Origin: Candidatus Altimarinota bacterium
Lineage (GTDB): Bacteria; Patescibacteriota; Gracilibacteria; UBA4473
DNA: 64,000 nucleotides
Direction of reading: 5' to 3'
Assembly: GCA_965231215.1 (NCBI GenBank)
Contig: OZ246423.1
Coordinates: forward strand, 576,001 to 640,000
Below the pieces are notes generated by a model that had not been told where the DNA came from, ran no database searches, and saw nothing but the letters and a program-made list of their open reading frames with translations. The position numbers and the translations under genes are program-made. Shown here piece by piece: positions 38,870 to 49,086 of this stretch (its first letter is position 1; the number at the start of each line of letters is the position of its first letter).

Positions 38870-39328
38870 TTACAATTCTTTTACTAGATCTTTCCCCTCG
38901 CCCCCAAATCGGGTACATATCCAGTCAATAAAAGCCCCCCAAATAAGACCTTCCAGAGCCACTTGAACCACGGGATACGTATAAGAAATGACAAAATTTG
39001 GGTAATCTACAAACGCTGCCACAATCTCATCATGAATCAGTAAGCCAAGAATTAAATTCAGAAAAAATCCAATCATTGCTCCTCGGAAAAGTGGCGCCAA
39101 ACGGAATTTTAGCCAAGGGTACTCCACAAAGATCCCACATAAAGCAATCACCGACCCAAGCAATACATACCATCCCCAAACCCCAAACCGAAGTATCAAA
39201 TCAGATTCTGGAGCAAGCGCCGGTATGGCCATAAAGATAACCGCCCCGATGATAAGCCCTAGCAGCTTTCCAGCCAAGAGTCGTTTCATTATTGAGGCTT
39301 TCTGTTTCTTTTTCTTGAAGGACCACAT
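38870..39328 (-). CDS. Four-TM hypothetical membrane protein
   Basis: Hydrophobic helices, C-terminal TRFGGEGK. Confidence 0.7.
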   Translation of the reverse strand: MWSFKKKKQKASIMKRLLAGKLLGLIIGAVIFMAIPALAPESDLILRFGVWGWYVLLGSVIALCGIFVEYPWLKFRLAPLFRGAMIGFFLNLILGLLIHDEIVAAFVDYPNFVISYTYPVVQVALEGLIWGAFIDWICTRFGGEGKDLVKEL

Positions 39329-39334
39329 GTTAGG

Positions 39335-39922
39335 TTATTTTAGTTGTAATGAAATGTCTTCGATAACCACGTCTTCAAAGGGTTTATCTAGACTGTCTGT
39401 AGGTAGTTTAGCAATTTTATCCACAATATCCATCCCTTTTGTAACATGACCAAAAATAGTATGCCTTCCATCTAAGTATTTCGTGTCTGGAGCCTGCACA
39501 ATAAAAAACTGGGACCCATTCGTTCCAGGGCCTCTATTAGCCATAGAAACCGCCCCTCGAACATGAGAGAGCGTTTTATCAATTTCATCTTCAAATTCAT
39601 CCCCCCAAGCACTTTTCCCTCCAGTTCCATCAAAGTTCTCATAGTCTCCCCCCTGAATCATAAACCCATCAATAACTCGGTGAAAAAGAGTCTCGTCATA
39701 CTTGCCCCCGCGAGCCAAGAGCCAGAAATTTTCAGCTGTTTTAGGGGTCTGCGCGTGATACAGTTGAATCTGAATATCGCCCTGGTTGGTATGCAGCGTT
39801 ACATAATCAGCTTTGATAGGGAGCAGAGAGGAAAGCACACTTTTGCCATACATTTCATTCAGCCCCAATCCTACCAAAAACGCCACAGCCAAAAAGAAAA
39901 GGATATTTCGCATTAGGCCCAT
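39335..39922 (-). CDS. Cyclophilin-type peptidyl-prolyl isomerase with N-terminal anchor
   Basis: FHRVIDGFMIQGGD, SMANRGPGTNGSQFFI, LDGRHTIFG. Confidence 0.95.
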   Translation of the reverse strand: MGLMRNILFFLAVAFLVGLGLNEMYGKSVLSSLLPIKADYVTLHTNQGDIQIQLYHAQTPKTAENFWLLARGGKYDETLFHRVIDGFMIQGGDYENFDGTGGKSAWGDEFEDEIDKTLSHVRGAVSMANRGPGTNGSQFFIVQAPDTKYLDGRHTIFGHVTKGMDIVDKIAKLPTDSLDKPFEDVVIEDISLQLK

Positions 39923-39952
39923 TCTTTACGCTTTTAGAAAAAGATGCAAATT

Positions 39953-40405
39953 TTATTTCACCAACTTTGAAGCTATAAATCCAGCCTCAAGCGCCGCCTG
40001 CTTAGTCTGAAAAAACCGTCGGTGTTTTACCGCTGTGCCTCTAGCTGGATAGGTATGACTAGGATAGAATTTCTTCGTTTTGGCATTGCCTGTATAAGCA
40101 AAGTTTTTAAACGCCAGATCATTTTCATCTGGAATTTGCCCCAGTGGTATTTGGTGCCATCCGTCTCCCTCTATGAAGTTTGTACTGCCCCAAACTACCC
40201 GGCCTGGCCCTGAAACCTCCAAGTGCAGCTGATCCCCTTCAACTCGTTCCAACACAATGACCGAAATTTCTGGCTTTGGTTCTTGGTGCTCAACTTCCAG
40301 CGTTGAGGCTTTTAGATTTTTTTCGGTTATCAAATGCCCCAACCCAAAACTAAGAAAAGCAAAAATCACAAGGGGAATCACCGTAGAGAATGGCACAAGC
40401 TTCAT
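39953..40405 (-). CDS. Membrane-anchored protein with C-terminal Ada metal-binding-like domain
   Basis: GNAKTKKFY...RRFFQTKQAALEAGF pattern. Confidence 0.6.
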   Translation of the reverse strand: MKLVPFSTVIPLVIFAFLSFGLGHLITEKNLKASTLEVEHQEPKPEISVIVLERVEGDQLHLEVSGPGRVVWGSTNFIEGDGWHQIPLGQIPDENDLAFKNFAYTGNAKTKKFYPSHTYPARGTAVKHRRFFQTKQAALEAGFIASKLVK

Positions 40406-40527
40406 GGCTCTAACCTCTAAAAATTAGGGCGTCACTTCAAGACCGCTTCTTAAATGTATCTTCATGCAAGAACCGTTGACTTTTACCCCAAAAAACACAC
40501 AATCTTTTGGCTTTTATTTTAAAATTC

Positions 40528-42291
40528 ATGCTCCGTACACACACTTGTAACCAACTAAGAACTCAAGATATTGACCAAGAAATCACCCTTTCTGGGTGGG
40601 TAAATAACCGACGTGATCACGGAGGCATTATTTTTATAGACCTGCGAGATGCGCAGGGAATCACCCAGGTCGTGTTTGACCCTACGGCTAATCCAGAGGC
40701 TCATAAAGAAGCTGAACACGTACGCTCTGAGTGGGTATTGCAAGTCACCGGAAAGGTGCGCGCTCGAGGAGAAGGATTAGAAAATCCAAAACTTGATACG
40801 GGGGAAATTGAGGTTATCACTCAGGAACTCAAAGTTCTAAATTCAGCCAAAACCCCTCCTTTTGAGCTCAATCATGAAGAATCAATTCGAGAAGATCTCC
40901 GCCTTGAACACCGCTACCTAGATCTGCGAAATCCTCGGATGCAGCGCAATCTAAAATTACGCCACGATATGACCAAAGTCATTCGAGACTATTTTGATAG
41001 AAACCAATTTTTAGAGATTGAAACCCCCATCATGGTAAAAGGAACTCCGGAAGGTTCACGGGAATACCTCGTTCCAAGCCGGCTTCATCGAGGCGAATTT
41101 TATGTGCTCCCTCAGTCTCCACAACAACTCAAACAACTTCTTATGTGTGGAGGAATCGATAAATATTTCCAGATTGCTAGATGTTTCCGAGACGAAGATC
41201 TTCGAGGAGACCGACAACCAGAATTCACCCAATTTGAGATCGAAATGGCCTTCTGCACACAAGAAGATGTCATCAATGTGATTGAAAATTGTTTTCATGA
41301 CCTCACTGAAAAATGTGCCCCAAACAAGGAATGGAAAAAATTTCTCGTAGATGGCAAATTTCTTCGACTCACCTGGCAAGAAGCCATGGAAAAATATGGT
41401 TCAGACAAACCAGACCTTCGGTTTGGTCTAGAATTTACAGAGATGACCGAAGAAAAAGAAGGCTGTGGTTTTGGGGTCTTTGAAGGCGCCGAAAGACTCT
41501 TTGCTATGCGCATACCAGACGGAACCAAACTTTCACGAAAAGATATCGATGATCTCACTAAACTAGCTCAACAAAATGGAGCCGGCGGCCTGGCCTGGGT
41601 ACGAGTAGGCGAAGACAGCGGCCCGGTTATGAAAAATTCAAACCCCCAATTTATAGAATCTTTAGTCAAAAAAACGGAAGCCCAAGACGGCGATCTTATT
41701 TTCTTTGGCGCTGGACCATTCCTGCAAGCTGTTGAACCTTTAGGGGCGGTTAGACTCGCCGTAGGCGATTTATTTAAACTCAGAGATAAAGATATGTTTG
41801 CCTACCTGTGGGTCATAGATTTCCCGATGTTTGAAGCCAAAGAAGACGGTTCTATCCAAGCCGCTCATCATCCATTTACTCGACCTAATAAAGAAGATAT
41901 TGACCGCCTTGAATCTGACCCAATGTCCGTTCGATCTTACGCGTATGATGTAGTCCTCAATGGAGTAGAACTAGGAGGCGGCTCTATTCGGATTCATGAA
42001 CAAGAACTGCAGCATAGAATGTTTAAAGCCCTTGGAATGGAAGAAGCCGAACTTCAAGCCAAATTCGGACACATCCTTAAAGCCTTCCAATTCGGAACCC
42101 CTCCACACGGAGGCTGTGCCATGGGACTTGATAGAGTAGTAATGCTGTTTGCTGATGAACCAAATATTCGTGAAGTGATCGCCTTCCCCAAAAACCAATC
42201 GGCCCAAGACCTTATGCTTGGAGCACCATCGGTTATGCCAGACAAAGAAGTAGAAGAACAAAACATTCAAGTCCTTCCAGCAGAAGACTAG
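40528..42291 (+). CDS. aspS: Aspartate--tRNA ligase (probably non-discriminating)
   Basis: MLRTH, RRDHGG, ARCFRDEDLRGDRQPEFTQ, PPHGG...GLDR; His in RRDHGG typifies ND-AspRS. Confidence 0.97.
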   Translation: MLRTHTCNQLRTQDIDQEITLSGWVNNRRDHGGIIFIDLRDAQGITQVVFDPTANPEAHKEAEHVRSEWVLQVTGKVRARGEGLENPKLDTGEIEVITQELKVLNSAKTPPFELNHEESIREDLRLEHRYLDLRNPRMQRNLKLRHDMTKVIRDYFDRNQFLEIETPIMVKGTPEGSREYLVPSRLHRGEFYVLPQSPQQLKQLLMCGGIDKYFQIARCFRDEDLRGDRQPEFTQFEIEMAFCTQEDVINVIENCFHDLTEKCAPNKEWKKFLVDGKFLRLTWQEAMEKYGSDKPDLRFGLEFTEMTEEKEGCGFGVFEGAERLFAMRIPDGTKLSRKDIDDLTKLAQQNGAGGLAWVRVGEDSGPVMKNSNPQFIESLVKKTEAQDGDLIFFGAGPFLQAVEPLGAVRLAVGDLFKLRDKDMFAYLWVIDFPMFEAKEDGSIQAAHHPFTRPNKEDIDRLESDPMSVRSYAYDVVLNGVELGGGSIRIHEQELQHRMFKALGMEEAELQAKFGHILKAFQFGTPPHGGCAMGLDRVVMLFADEPNIREVIAFPKNQSAQDLMLGAPSVMPDKEVEEQNIQVLPAED

Positions 42292-42347
42292 TGCAGCACA
42301 AAAAGGGATTTTAATTTACTACAATTTTAGGTAAGATTGGTCAAGAA

Positions 42348-42815
42348 ATGTTCCTCAATCTCCAAAAATACATCACCCCAAATGAAACTATCGTGTTTCG
42401 ATTTGGAATTGGGCTGCAGTATGTGATTGTTTCTATAAGCCTATGGACCATTTTTTTGGGAGGGCTTTCTTATTATTTCAGGTATGTTGGAGGGGGCGAT
42501 TTTTTGGTGAAAATTTTACTAACATTGCTCATCCTTATTAGTTTTTATTACCTCCTCAAATACCTTACCACAGCCTACTTTGTAACCGATATAAAAATTT
42601 ATAAACGTGTAGGCGTAGGATTTGTAAAAGTTACCAGCGCCAAACACAAAGAAGTAGATGACATGATTGTAGTTCAGGGATTTGCAGAGTGGCTCCTTTT
42701 CCGTACTGGAACCTTAAAGTTCAACACTCCAGGATCGGCCGGGTTTGAAATCGTTATGCCTCGAGTCGAGTCCCCAAACACCATAAAAAAACAGATTTAC
42801 GAAGCCTGGAAATAA
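42348..42815 (+). CDS. Bacterial PH-domain membrane protein
   Basis: Two TMs followed by YFVTD.KIY..VG...V.QG..E.LL..GT. Confidence 0.75.
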   Translation: MFLNLQKYITPNETIVFRFGIGLQYVIVSISLWTIFLGGLSYYFRYVGGGDFLVKILLTLLILISFYYLLKYLTTAYFVTDIKIYKRVGVGFVKVTSAKHKEVDDMIVVQGFAEWLLFRTGTLKFNTPGSAGFEIVMPRVESPNTIKKQIYEAWK

Positions 42816-42845
42816 ACTCAAAATTTCGATTACTGTTGCCTCCCA

Positions 42846-43541
42846 ATGACAATTCTTGTAGAACAAGGAAAAATGAAAGTAATTGTCCCCCTACATCCTA
42901 AAAATTTTGTAGAGTTAATTGATCTAGTTTCACGCATTAATCACAAGGTAGATATTGTAGAAATCTGGCTCGATCAGATTTTTAGTGAATTTGTCGAAAA
43001 CCCAAACCTCATTTTTGAGGCCAAAACATTATTAAAAAAAGTAAAACAAACCTTTGGCGTAGAAGTGCTCGCCACCTGCAAATCCCCAACAGAAAAAGGG
43101 GCTTTTGTTGGCAGTTCCGAAGAGCGGCTAATGGTGCTTCAGAACTTTCTGCGGCTTGGAGGTGACTTTGTAGATCTAGATATCTTAAAAAACACTGGCG
43201 ATGTGGTAGCCCAAATTCCGTCCGAAAACCTCTGGCTCAGTTTCCACCACTTTGAAGAAAATCCTGATCCTCTCCCAGATTTAGAAGGCCTTTTCCACCA
43301 CATGCAAACCTTTAACCCCTTCCTCTATAAATTTGCTATTGCCCCTAAAGACCAAGCCGAATTAGAAGCCTTTATTCTCTTTGCAAAAACCTTTCCAGAA
43401 CGGGGAGTATTTACCACTATGGGTCTTCTTGGGTCACAGGGAAGAGAAAAACTCGTTCCTATCTCTTGGGGCGGTTTTTACGCTCTAGATGAAAACCACT
43501 TAACCGCAACCGGTCAGAGTCTACTTTCTGACATTTCCTAA
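42846..43541 (+). CDS. aroD: Type I 3-dehydroquinate dehydratase
   Basis: DIVEIWLD, ATCKSPTEKGAF, LSFHHF, YKFA, TMG..G..GR, TATGQ. Confidence 0.8.
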   Translation: MTILVEQGKMKVIVPLHPKNFVELIDLVSRINHKVDIVEIWLDQIFSEFVENPNLIFEAKTLLKKVKQTFGVEVLATCKSPTEKGAFVGSSEERLMVLQNFLRLGGDFVDLDILKNTGDVVAQIPSENLWLSFHHFEENPDPLPDLEGLFHHMQTFNPFLYKFAIAPKDQAELEAFILFAKTFPERGVFTTMGLLGSQGREKLVPISWGGFYALDENHLTATGQSLLSDIS

Positions 43542-43544
43542 AAC

Positions 43545-43622
43545 AGAATCTGGGCTTTTCCATAAAAAATCAGAGTGGAAAAAATTTTCATTCTCTGATA
43601 AAAATAGAAAGTCTGGACTCTA
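43545..43622. repeat. Degenerate REPIN-like inverted repeat
   Basis: AGAATCTGGGCTTTTC ... GAAAGTCTGGACTCT arms enclosing an ATCAGAG...CTCTGAT hairpin. Confidence 0.5.
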
Positions 43623-43637
43623 AAACACACCAATCCA

Positions 43638-44597
43638 ATGAAAAAAATCAAAAAAGCCTTCACCTCAACCAACAAATTCATCAAAGAAAATTTCTTTGTA
43701 TTATGCCTAGCCCTTATGGGTCTCTGGTACCTCTGGCCCGAAAACAACTATAGCCCCTACGAATTAGGCACTCAAAGCTATCGCGATGAAGCGGTTGCAA
43801 TGTCAACTGATACAGCGGAAGAAGGGATGGTCTCCTATGCTCCGCGTATGGCCAAAATGGCACGCGGCGCCATTCAGCCCCCGATCGTGGAAGCTGATGG
43901 ATTTGAACCTGAAGCGACCGAACGGAAGGTTATTAAAAATGGTTCGCTTCAGCTTGAAGTGGAAAATACCGAAGAAGGAAAAACCCTCGCTCAGACAGAA
44001 GCCGAAAAATTAGACGCTCTCATCACTCACCAAAACTCATGGGAAGTTCGCCGAGGGGTTTTGGCCTATAATATGACTATCCGAGTCCCCGCTGAAAACT
44101 TAGAAAAGTTGATTGAAAACCTTGCACAACTAGGTAACAAAAAATCAGAAAATTACTCAACCTCAGATATTACAGCCGCTTACAACGATACGGCCAATCA
44201 GATTAAAAATTTAGAATCCCGAAGAGACCGCCTTCGAGAACTTATGGAATTTAATACCGATAGCTTAAGTGATGTCCTTCAAGTAGATCGCGAACTTTCT
44301 CAGGTTCAAAACCAAATTGAAAATCTTGAGCGAACCCAAAAACGAAGAGACACCGATGTAAGTTTTTCTACGCTGAATTTAACCATTAACCCAGAACCAG
44401 AAATTGGGGATTTTAGCAATCCTGATTGGAATCTAAAACGTTCTTGGAAGCAAGCGGTAAATGACTTCATCCACGATGCCCGAGACCTGGTAGACAAACT
44501 CATACGAGCGCTTGTTTATACACCAATTTGGCTACCAATTCTTCTGATTCTTTGGGGCATCAAACGCTTTCTCTTTGGCAAAAAGAAAAAGAAATAA
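43638..44597 (+). CDS. DUF4349 family protein
   Basis: RKVIKNGSLQLEV, MTIRVPA, DITAAY.D coiled coil, C-terminal TM. Confidence 0.85.
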   Translation: MKKIKKAFTSTNKFIKENFFVLCLALMGLWYLWPENNYSPYELGTQSYRDEAVAMSTDTAEEGMVSYAPRMAKMARGAIQPPIVEADGFEPEATERKVIKNGSLQLEVENTEEGKTLAQTEAEKLDALITHQNSWEVRRGVLAYNMTIRVPAENLEKLIENLAQLGNKKSENYSTSDITAAYNDTANQIKNLESRRDRLRELMEFNTDSLSDVLQVDRELSQVQNQIENLERTQKRRDTDVSFSTLNLTINPEPEIGDFSNPDWNLKRSWKQAVNDFIHDARDLVDKLIRALVYTPIWLPILLILWGIKRFLFGKKKKK

Positions 44598-44711
44598 GGA
44601 AGACTCATAGCTCCGTTAGCAGCACTATAAAAACTTATCCCTGCAAAGGCGGGGATTTAAGTCTTTTCTCTTGGATTGATCATCGAACTAATTTAGTCAA
44701 TAATTGATTCG

Positions 44712-45488
44712 ATGTCTGTACTTGAAAAAATCATTAGCCAGAAAGAAAGAGAAATTGCGGGCCTCCCAAAAACCCTCAAAAATGCCAAACCCACTAAATC
44801 TAAAAGAAATTTTTTAGAAGCTCTTCAAAAACCCAAAAGCCAAGCCCCCCCACAAATCATTGCCGAGATAAAAAAAGCCTCCCCCTCAAAAGGGCCTATT
44901 TTCCCCGAGGCTGATGTGGTAGAAATTGCAGAAATCTACCAACAGTCTGGAGCTTCAGCAATTTCTGTTTTAACTGACTTTCCCTTTTTTGGAGGGTCTC
45001 TCTCAGACCTCAATAACGTCAGTCGCGCCGTCCACGTTCCCGTGTTACGAAAAGATTTTATTATTGATCAAAACCAAATTTTAGAAGCCCGGCTCAGTGA
45101 AGCCGATGCCGTATTACTAATGACTTCAGTGCTGAAAGATCCCTCAAAACTAAAAGACTTTAGAACCTATGCAGAAAGCTTAGGAATGGACGCGCTAGTA
45201 GAAACTCAAGACGAAGCTGAAATTGAAATGGCTCTCAAAAGCGGCGCCAAAATCATCGGTATAAACGCCCGTCATTTTTCAGATATTTCGGTCGATATTA
45301 ACCGAGTACCACCGTTGCTAAAACAACTTCCTGCAAACATTATCAAAGTCGCCGAATCTGGTATAGAGACCTCCCAAGACGTCAAAAAAGTAGCGCCTTT
45401 TTGTGACGCCATTTTGGTAGGAAGTGCTATCATGGGTAGCGGCATGGAAAATATGGCAAAGACAATAACCTCACTCAAATGCAGTTAA
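44712..45488 (+). CDS. trpC: Indole-3-glycerol phosphate synthase
   Basis: IAEIKKASPSKG, ISVLTD..FFGGS, PVLRKDFI, VAESGI. Confidence 0.96.
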   Translation: MSVLEKIISQKEREIAGLPKTLKNAKPTKSKRNFLEALQKPKSQAPPQIIAEIKKASPSKGPIFPEADVVEIAEIYQQSGASAISVLTDFPFFGGSLSDLNNVSRAVHVPVLRKDFIIDQNQILEARLSEADAVLLMTSVLKDPSKLKDFRTYAESLGMDALVETQDEAEIEMALKSGAKIIGINARHFSDISVDINRVPPLLKQLPANIIKVAESGIETSQDVKKVAPFCDAILVGSAIMGSGMENMAKTITSLKCS

Positions 45489-46111
45489 AAGTCTGTGGTG
45501 TTCGGTCTCTAGATATGTATCAAATCTGCAAAGAGTTGGGCGTCGATTTCGTGGGCATAAATTTTGTCCCCACATCTCACAGAAAGGTTTCTTTAGATTT
45601 TTGCAAGGCTATAGCACAAACTTCAGAAATCCCAAAAGTGGGAATTTTTCAAAACCAAACGGAAGCGGAAATTATGGAAGCCGTAAACCTGGCTCAACTC
45701 AATATAGTGCAGCTTCACGGAACAGAAACCCCTGAATTTATAGACAACCTAAAGGCCAAACTTCCTGAAATTCAATTCTGGAAAGCCTTTTCCATAGATG
45801 AAACCTTCCAAATAGACCTATTGCAAAGGTATGGCAAAAACTGTGATTTATTCCTCTTTGATGGGAAATTTCCAGGAAGCGGCACCCTTATTTTAGACAA
45901 TAAAATTCTAGACGAGGCCTGTAAAAAATCCAAAAAACTAAAAATCCCTTACGGAATTGCTGGAGGAGTTGCGGCTCAAAATATACCAAAATTTAAAAGT
46001 CGGTTCCCCAAGGCGGCCCTTTTGGATACCGCTTCTGGAGTAGAAATTGATGGAATTTTTGATCCCGCTAGGTGTAGAGCCCTTATTAACAATTTCCACA
46101 ACTATGCCTAA
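45479..46111 (+). CDS. trpF: Phosphoribosylanthranilate isomerase
   Basis: KVCG, VQLHGTE, IAGG, DTASGVE. Confidence 0.93.
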   Translation: MQLKVCGVRSLDMYQICKELGVDFVGINFVPTSHRKVSLDFCKAIAQTSEIPKVGIFQNQTEAEIMEAVNLAQLNIVQLHGTETPEFIDNLKAKLPEIQFWKAFSIDETFQIDLLQRYGKNCDLFLFDGKFPGSGTLILDNKILDEACKKSKKLKIPYGIAGGVAAQNIPKFKSRFPKAALLDTASGVEIDGIFDPARCRALINNFHNYA

Positions 46112-46730
46112 AAATATTTTTTGGGATTTTGACGGTGTGATGGCCAATTCCACGCCCTTTGTTTTTGAATTTTGGCGTAAAAAACTAGCTCAACAGGGGC
46201 ATGTATTTGAAATTTCAGACTATCAAGCGACCTTTGAAGCTAAATTTCCTTTTGATTACTTAAAAGACCGATACGGAATTTTAGGGGAAGCCATTAAAAC
46301 CGAATATACGGCCTTTGAAGCCAATCACTATGCCCAAGAAGTTCCATTCTTTGAAGGCATGGTTGACCTCCTAAGAAATTTTAGTCAAACCCGATCCTAC
46401 TTTGTGGTTTCTTCAAACCTCGCTCAAGTGATTCAAGAAAGCCTCACCCTACATGATGTAGCTCCTTATTTTTCAGAAATTATAGGACGAGAAAAGCCAG
46501 GCTACAAAGATGAAAAAATAGAACAGATAATTGATCGGCATAACTTACAAAAAAGTGAGTGTATCTTCATAGGCGACACCATGAGCGACATGGAGCACGC
46601 ACAATCTGCTGGCATAAAATGTATTGGCGTGACCTGGGGCGTTCACCCTCGAGCAAAACTAGAACGTACAAATCCCACCTTTCTTTGTGATAGTGTAGAA
46701 GATTTGCATACAATACTGGCAGATCAATAA
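46104..46730 (+). CDS. HAD-family hydrolase
   Basis: WDFDG, VSSN, IGDTMSD, GVTWG. Confidence 0.9.
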   Translation: MPKNIFWDFDGVMANSTPFVFEFWRKKLAQQGHVFEISDYQATFEAKFPFDYLKDRYGILGEAIKTEYTAFEANHYAQEVPFFEGMVDLLRNFSQTRSYFVVSSNLAQVIQESLTLHDVAPYFSEIIGREKPGYKDEKIEQIIDRHNLQKSECIFIGDTMSDMEHAQSAGIKCIGVTWGVHPRAKLERTNPTFLCDSVEDLHTILADQ

Positions 46731-46825
46731 TATCTACTTCTATTTGAAAACGCCTACACAGATTTTTAATTTGTGATTCATAAAGTGCCTGAACCGCCAG
46801 CCTAGCACCTGTATAAGAGCTTCTT

Positions 46826-46906
46826 TCAAGACAAAACCCAAAAGGCCAAGGCTGTCGTTGTCTTACCAGCAATAGAAGGGCCTGAAAGCAACAAAGCTTT
46901 TTTCAT
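46826..46906 (-). pseudogene. Fragment of a P-loop kinase/ATPase gene
   Basis: MKKALLLSGPSIAGKTTTALAFWVLS-stop; Walker A at the N-terminus; TAATG overlap with the VanW stop. Confidence 0.55.
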
Positions 46907-47853
46907 TAATAAACTCCATTATACCGGGAGGCAATTAGCTCTTCTTTTACTTCTGTCCCTTTTTTTACTACCCGCTTCCACTCAGTGTAAAGCCCTCCTC
47001 CACGCTGACGGTTATTGGTAACCCGAGTGAGTTCAATCTCTCTTCCGTCCCGAGTTCCAAAAAGAGCCACCACCAAAGTGTTCCCTTTAAGCTGGGTTTT
47101 GATCAAAATATCATGCCCAGTATCATTGGTAAATTTAAGATCTTGAGAGCCCAAATAAATAGTCGCATCTAGTCCATGTGGATAATATTTTTGAAGCGCA
47201 TCTGAATGGTTTCGACGTTCCTCAATAGGGAGACCGGCATTAAGAGCCGCTCTGTAAAGCACTGTAGAAAGTTGGCACACGCCCCCTCCCAACGCCCACC
47301 CATCTCGGCCTCCTGCAATAATCGCTTCCACCACAAACCCTTCCTCAGGTTCTACTGATTTCAGCGTATCGTTGAAAGAAAAAATGGCTCCCGCAGGAAT
47401 AATTACTCCGTCAAATTTATCAATCCCCGCCTGCATATTTTTACGCTGTCCCCACCGCGCCGCTGAAGTATCAGAGACCGCCACTCCAACCAGTTCTTTA
47501 ATGCCATAAAAGTTTAAAAGAGGATCTACAATTTTTTGGTTCAATTGGTGCTGAGCACTGAGGGGAAAGTAGCCTCCCCAAACCCAATTTTTTCTATTGG
47601 CTAAAATTTTTTCAATTTCTGCCTCTAATCGAACCGACCTATTGGTGCTTAACGCTGGCCTAAATCCTGATAAAGCTTGCCGAGGCATGGGTTCAAATTT
47701 TTTAGCGGCTTCCATTTTGAAAGTAAGATTTTGTGGTTCAACCACAATATCTTCAGCCAAAACCATTGCGTTTGAAGCAAATAAACTCCCTAGTGAAAGC
47801 CAAATTGAATACAACATACTTATACTTAATAACATTTTTAAAATAAAAATCAA
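46906..47853 (-). CDS. VanW-family secreted protein
   Basis: FSFN, GGGVCQLSTVLYRAALNAGL, ERRNHS, GLDATIY. Confidence 0.9.
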   Translation of the reverse strand: MIFILKMLLSISMLYSIWLSLGSLFASNAMVLAEDIVVEPQNLTFKMEAAKKFEPMPRQALSGFRPALSTNRSVRLEAEIEKILANRKNWVWGGYFPLSAQHQLNQKIVDPLLNFYGIKELVGVAVSDTSAARWGQRKNMQAGIDKFDGVIIPAGAIFSFNDTLKSVEPEEGFVVEAIIAGGRDGWALGGGVCQLSTVLYRAALNAGLPIEERRNHSDALQKYYPHGLDATIYLGSQDLKFTNDTGHDILIKTQLKGNTLVVALFGTRDGREIELTRVTNNRQRGGGLYTEWKRVVKKGTEVKEELIASRYNGVY

Positions 47854-47907
47854 GTTTATAGATTAGGTTTGACAGAGGGTGTTTTTTTTGTACCTTTGCA
47901 CCGGTAC

Positions 47908-49086
47908 ATGAAGACAAATTTTATTGAAAATTCCGGCGGAAATTTTGGGCGTTTTGGTGGCTGTTTTGCTCCGGAGCTCTTGCAACCTGTCCTCAAGCGC
48001 GTAGAAAGTGTTTTTGAAGAATTTAAATCTTCGTCTGAGCTTCAGGCAGAATTTAACAGTCTGCTCAAAACCTTTGCTGGAAGGCCTACGCCTCTTTATC
48101 ACGCCAAAAATTTTTCGCCTCAAAACGGAGCTCAAATCTGGATAAAGCGTGAAGACTTACTTCATGGTGGAGCTCATAAAACCAACAATGTAATTGGGCA
48201 GGCTTTGCTGGCTCGCCAGATGGGCGCCAAAAACTTAATTGCCGAAACTGGCGCCGGACAACACGGTATTGCAACCGCTATGGCTGGGAGCCATTTCGGT
48301 TTGCCCGTAAAAGTATTTATGGGACAAAAAGATGTAGAGCGTCAGAAAGTAAATGTAGAGAGAATGAAACTTTTAGGGGCAGAAGTAATTCCGGTCACTA
48401 CCGGTTCAGCCTCCCTTAAAGATGCCATCAATGAAACCATGAGATATTGGATTTCTAACGCCGAAAATACCTATTACCTATTTGGGACAGCCGCTGGACC
48501 ACACCCCTTCCCAGAACTTGTAGCCCGCTTCCAAAGAGTCATCGGCGATGAAGCCCGAGCCCAAATGTTAGAAACTTTAGGCCGACTCCCAGATGAAGTT
48601 TTGGCCTGCGTAGGGGGCGGCTCTAATGCTATTGGAATTTTTCAAGCTTTCTTAGAAGATGAGGTCAAACTGGTAGGGGTCGAACCAGGAGGTAATGGCG
48701 ACAGGCATGGGCTCACTATTGGGAAAGGAAAATACGGATGCCTGCACGGAAGTTTATCCAAAGTAAACTGCGACCCAAATGGACAGATAGAAGAAAGTCA
48801 TTCAGTTTCGGCTGGGCTCGATTACCCTGGAGTTTCTCCCATTCATGCCTATTTGGATGAAGCTCAAAAAGCCGAGTATATGGGCATTGAGGATGGGTTA
48901 GCCGTAGAAACTTTGGTGCGTTTTGCGAAAGCCGAAGGAATCATTCCTGCCCTAGAGTCATCACATGCCTTAGCTGAAGCCCGAAAACGAGCTCAAAAAA
49001 TGTCTCCAGATCAAATATTGCTCGTCAATTTGTCCGGCAGAGGGGACAAAGATCTGCATACTGTTTTTGATTATTTAGAAAAATGA
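47908..49086 (+). CDS. trpB: Tryptophan synthase beta chain
   Basis: KREDLLHGGAHKTNN, AETGAGQHG, GGGSNAIG, SAGLDYPGV, NLSGRGDKD. Confidence 0.98.
   Translation: MKTNFIENSGGNFGRFGGCFAPELLQPVLKRVESVFEEFKSSSELQAEFNSLLKTFAGRPTPLYHAKNFSPQNGAQIWIKREDLLHGGAHKTNNVIGQALLARQMGAKNLIAETGAGQHGIATAMAGSHFGLPVKVFMGQKDVERQKVNVERMKLLGAEVIPVTTGSASLKDAINETMRYWISNAENTYYLFGTAAGPHPFPELVARFQRVIGDEARAQMLETLGRLPDEVLACVGGGSNAIGIFQAFLEDEVKLVGVEPGGNGDRHGLTIGKGKYGCLHGSLSKVNCDPNGQIEESHSVSAGLDYPGVSPIHAYLDEAQKAEYMGIEDGLAVETLVRFAKAEGIIPALESSHALAEARKRAQKMSPDQILLVNLSGRGDKDLHTVFDYLEK

Noticed and set aside
44598-44711. Trp attenuator upstream of trpC
   Set aside because: A terminator-like hairpin is present, but there is no leader ORF with Trp codons; better explained as the end of the DUF4349 transcript
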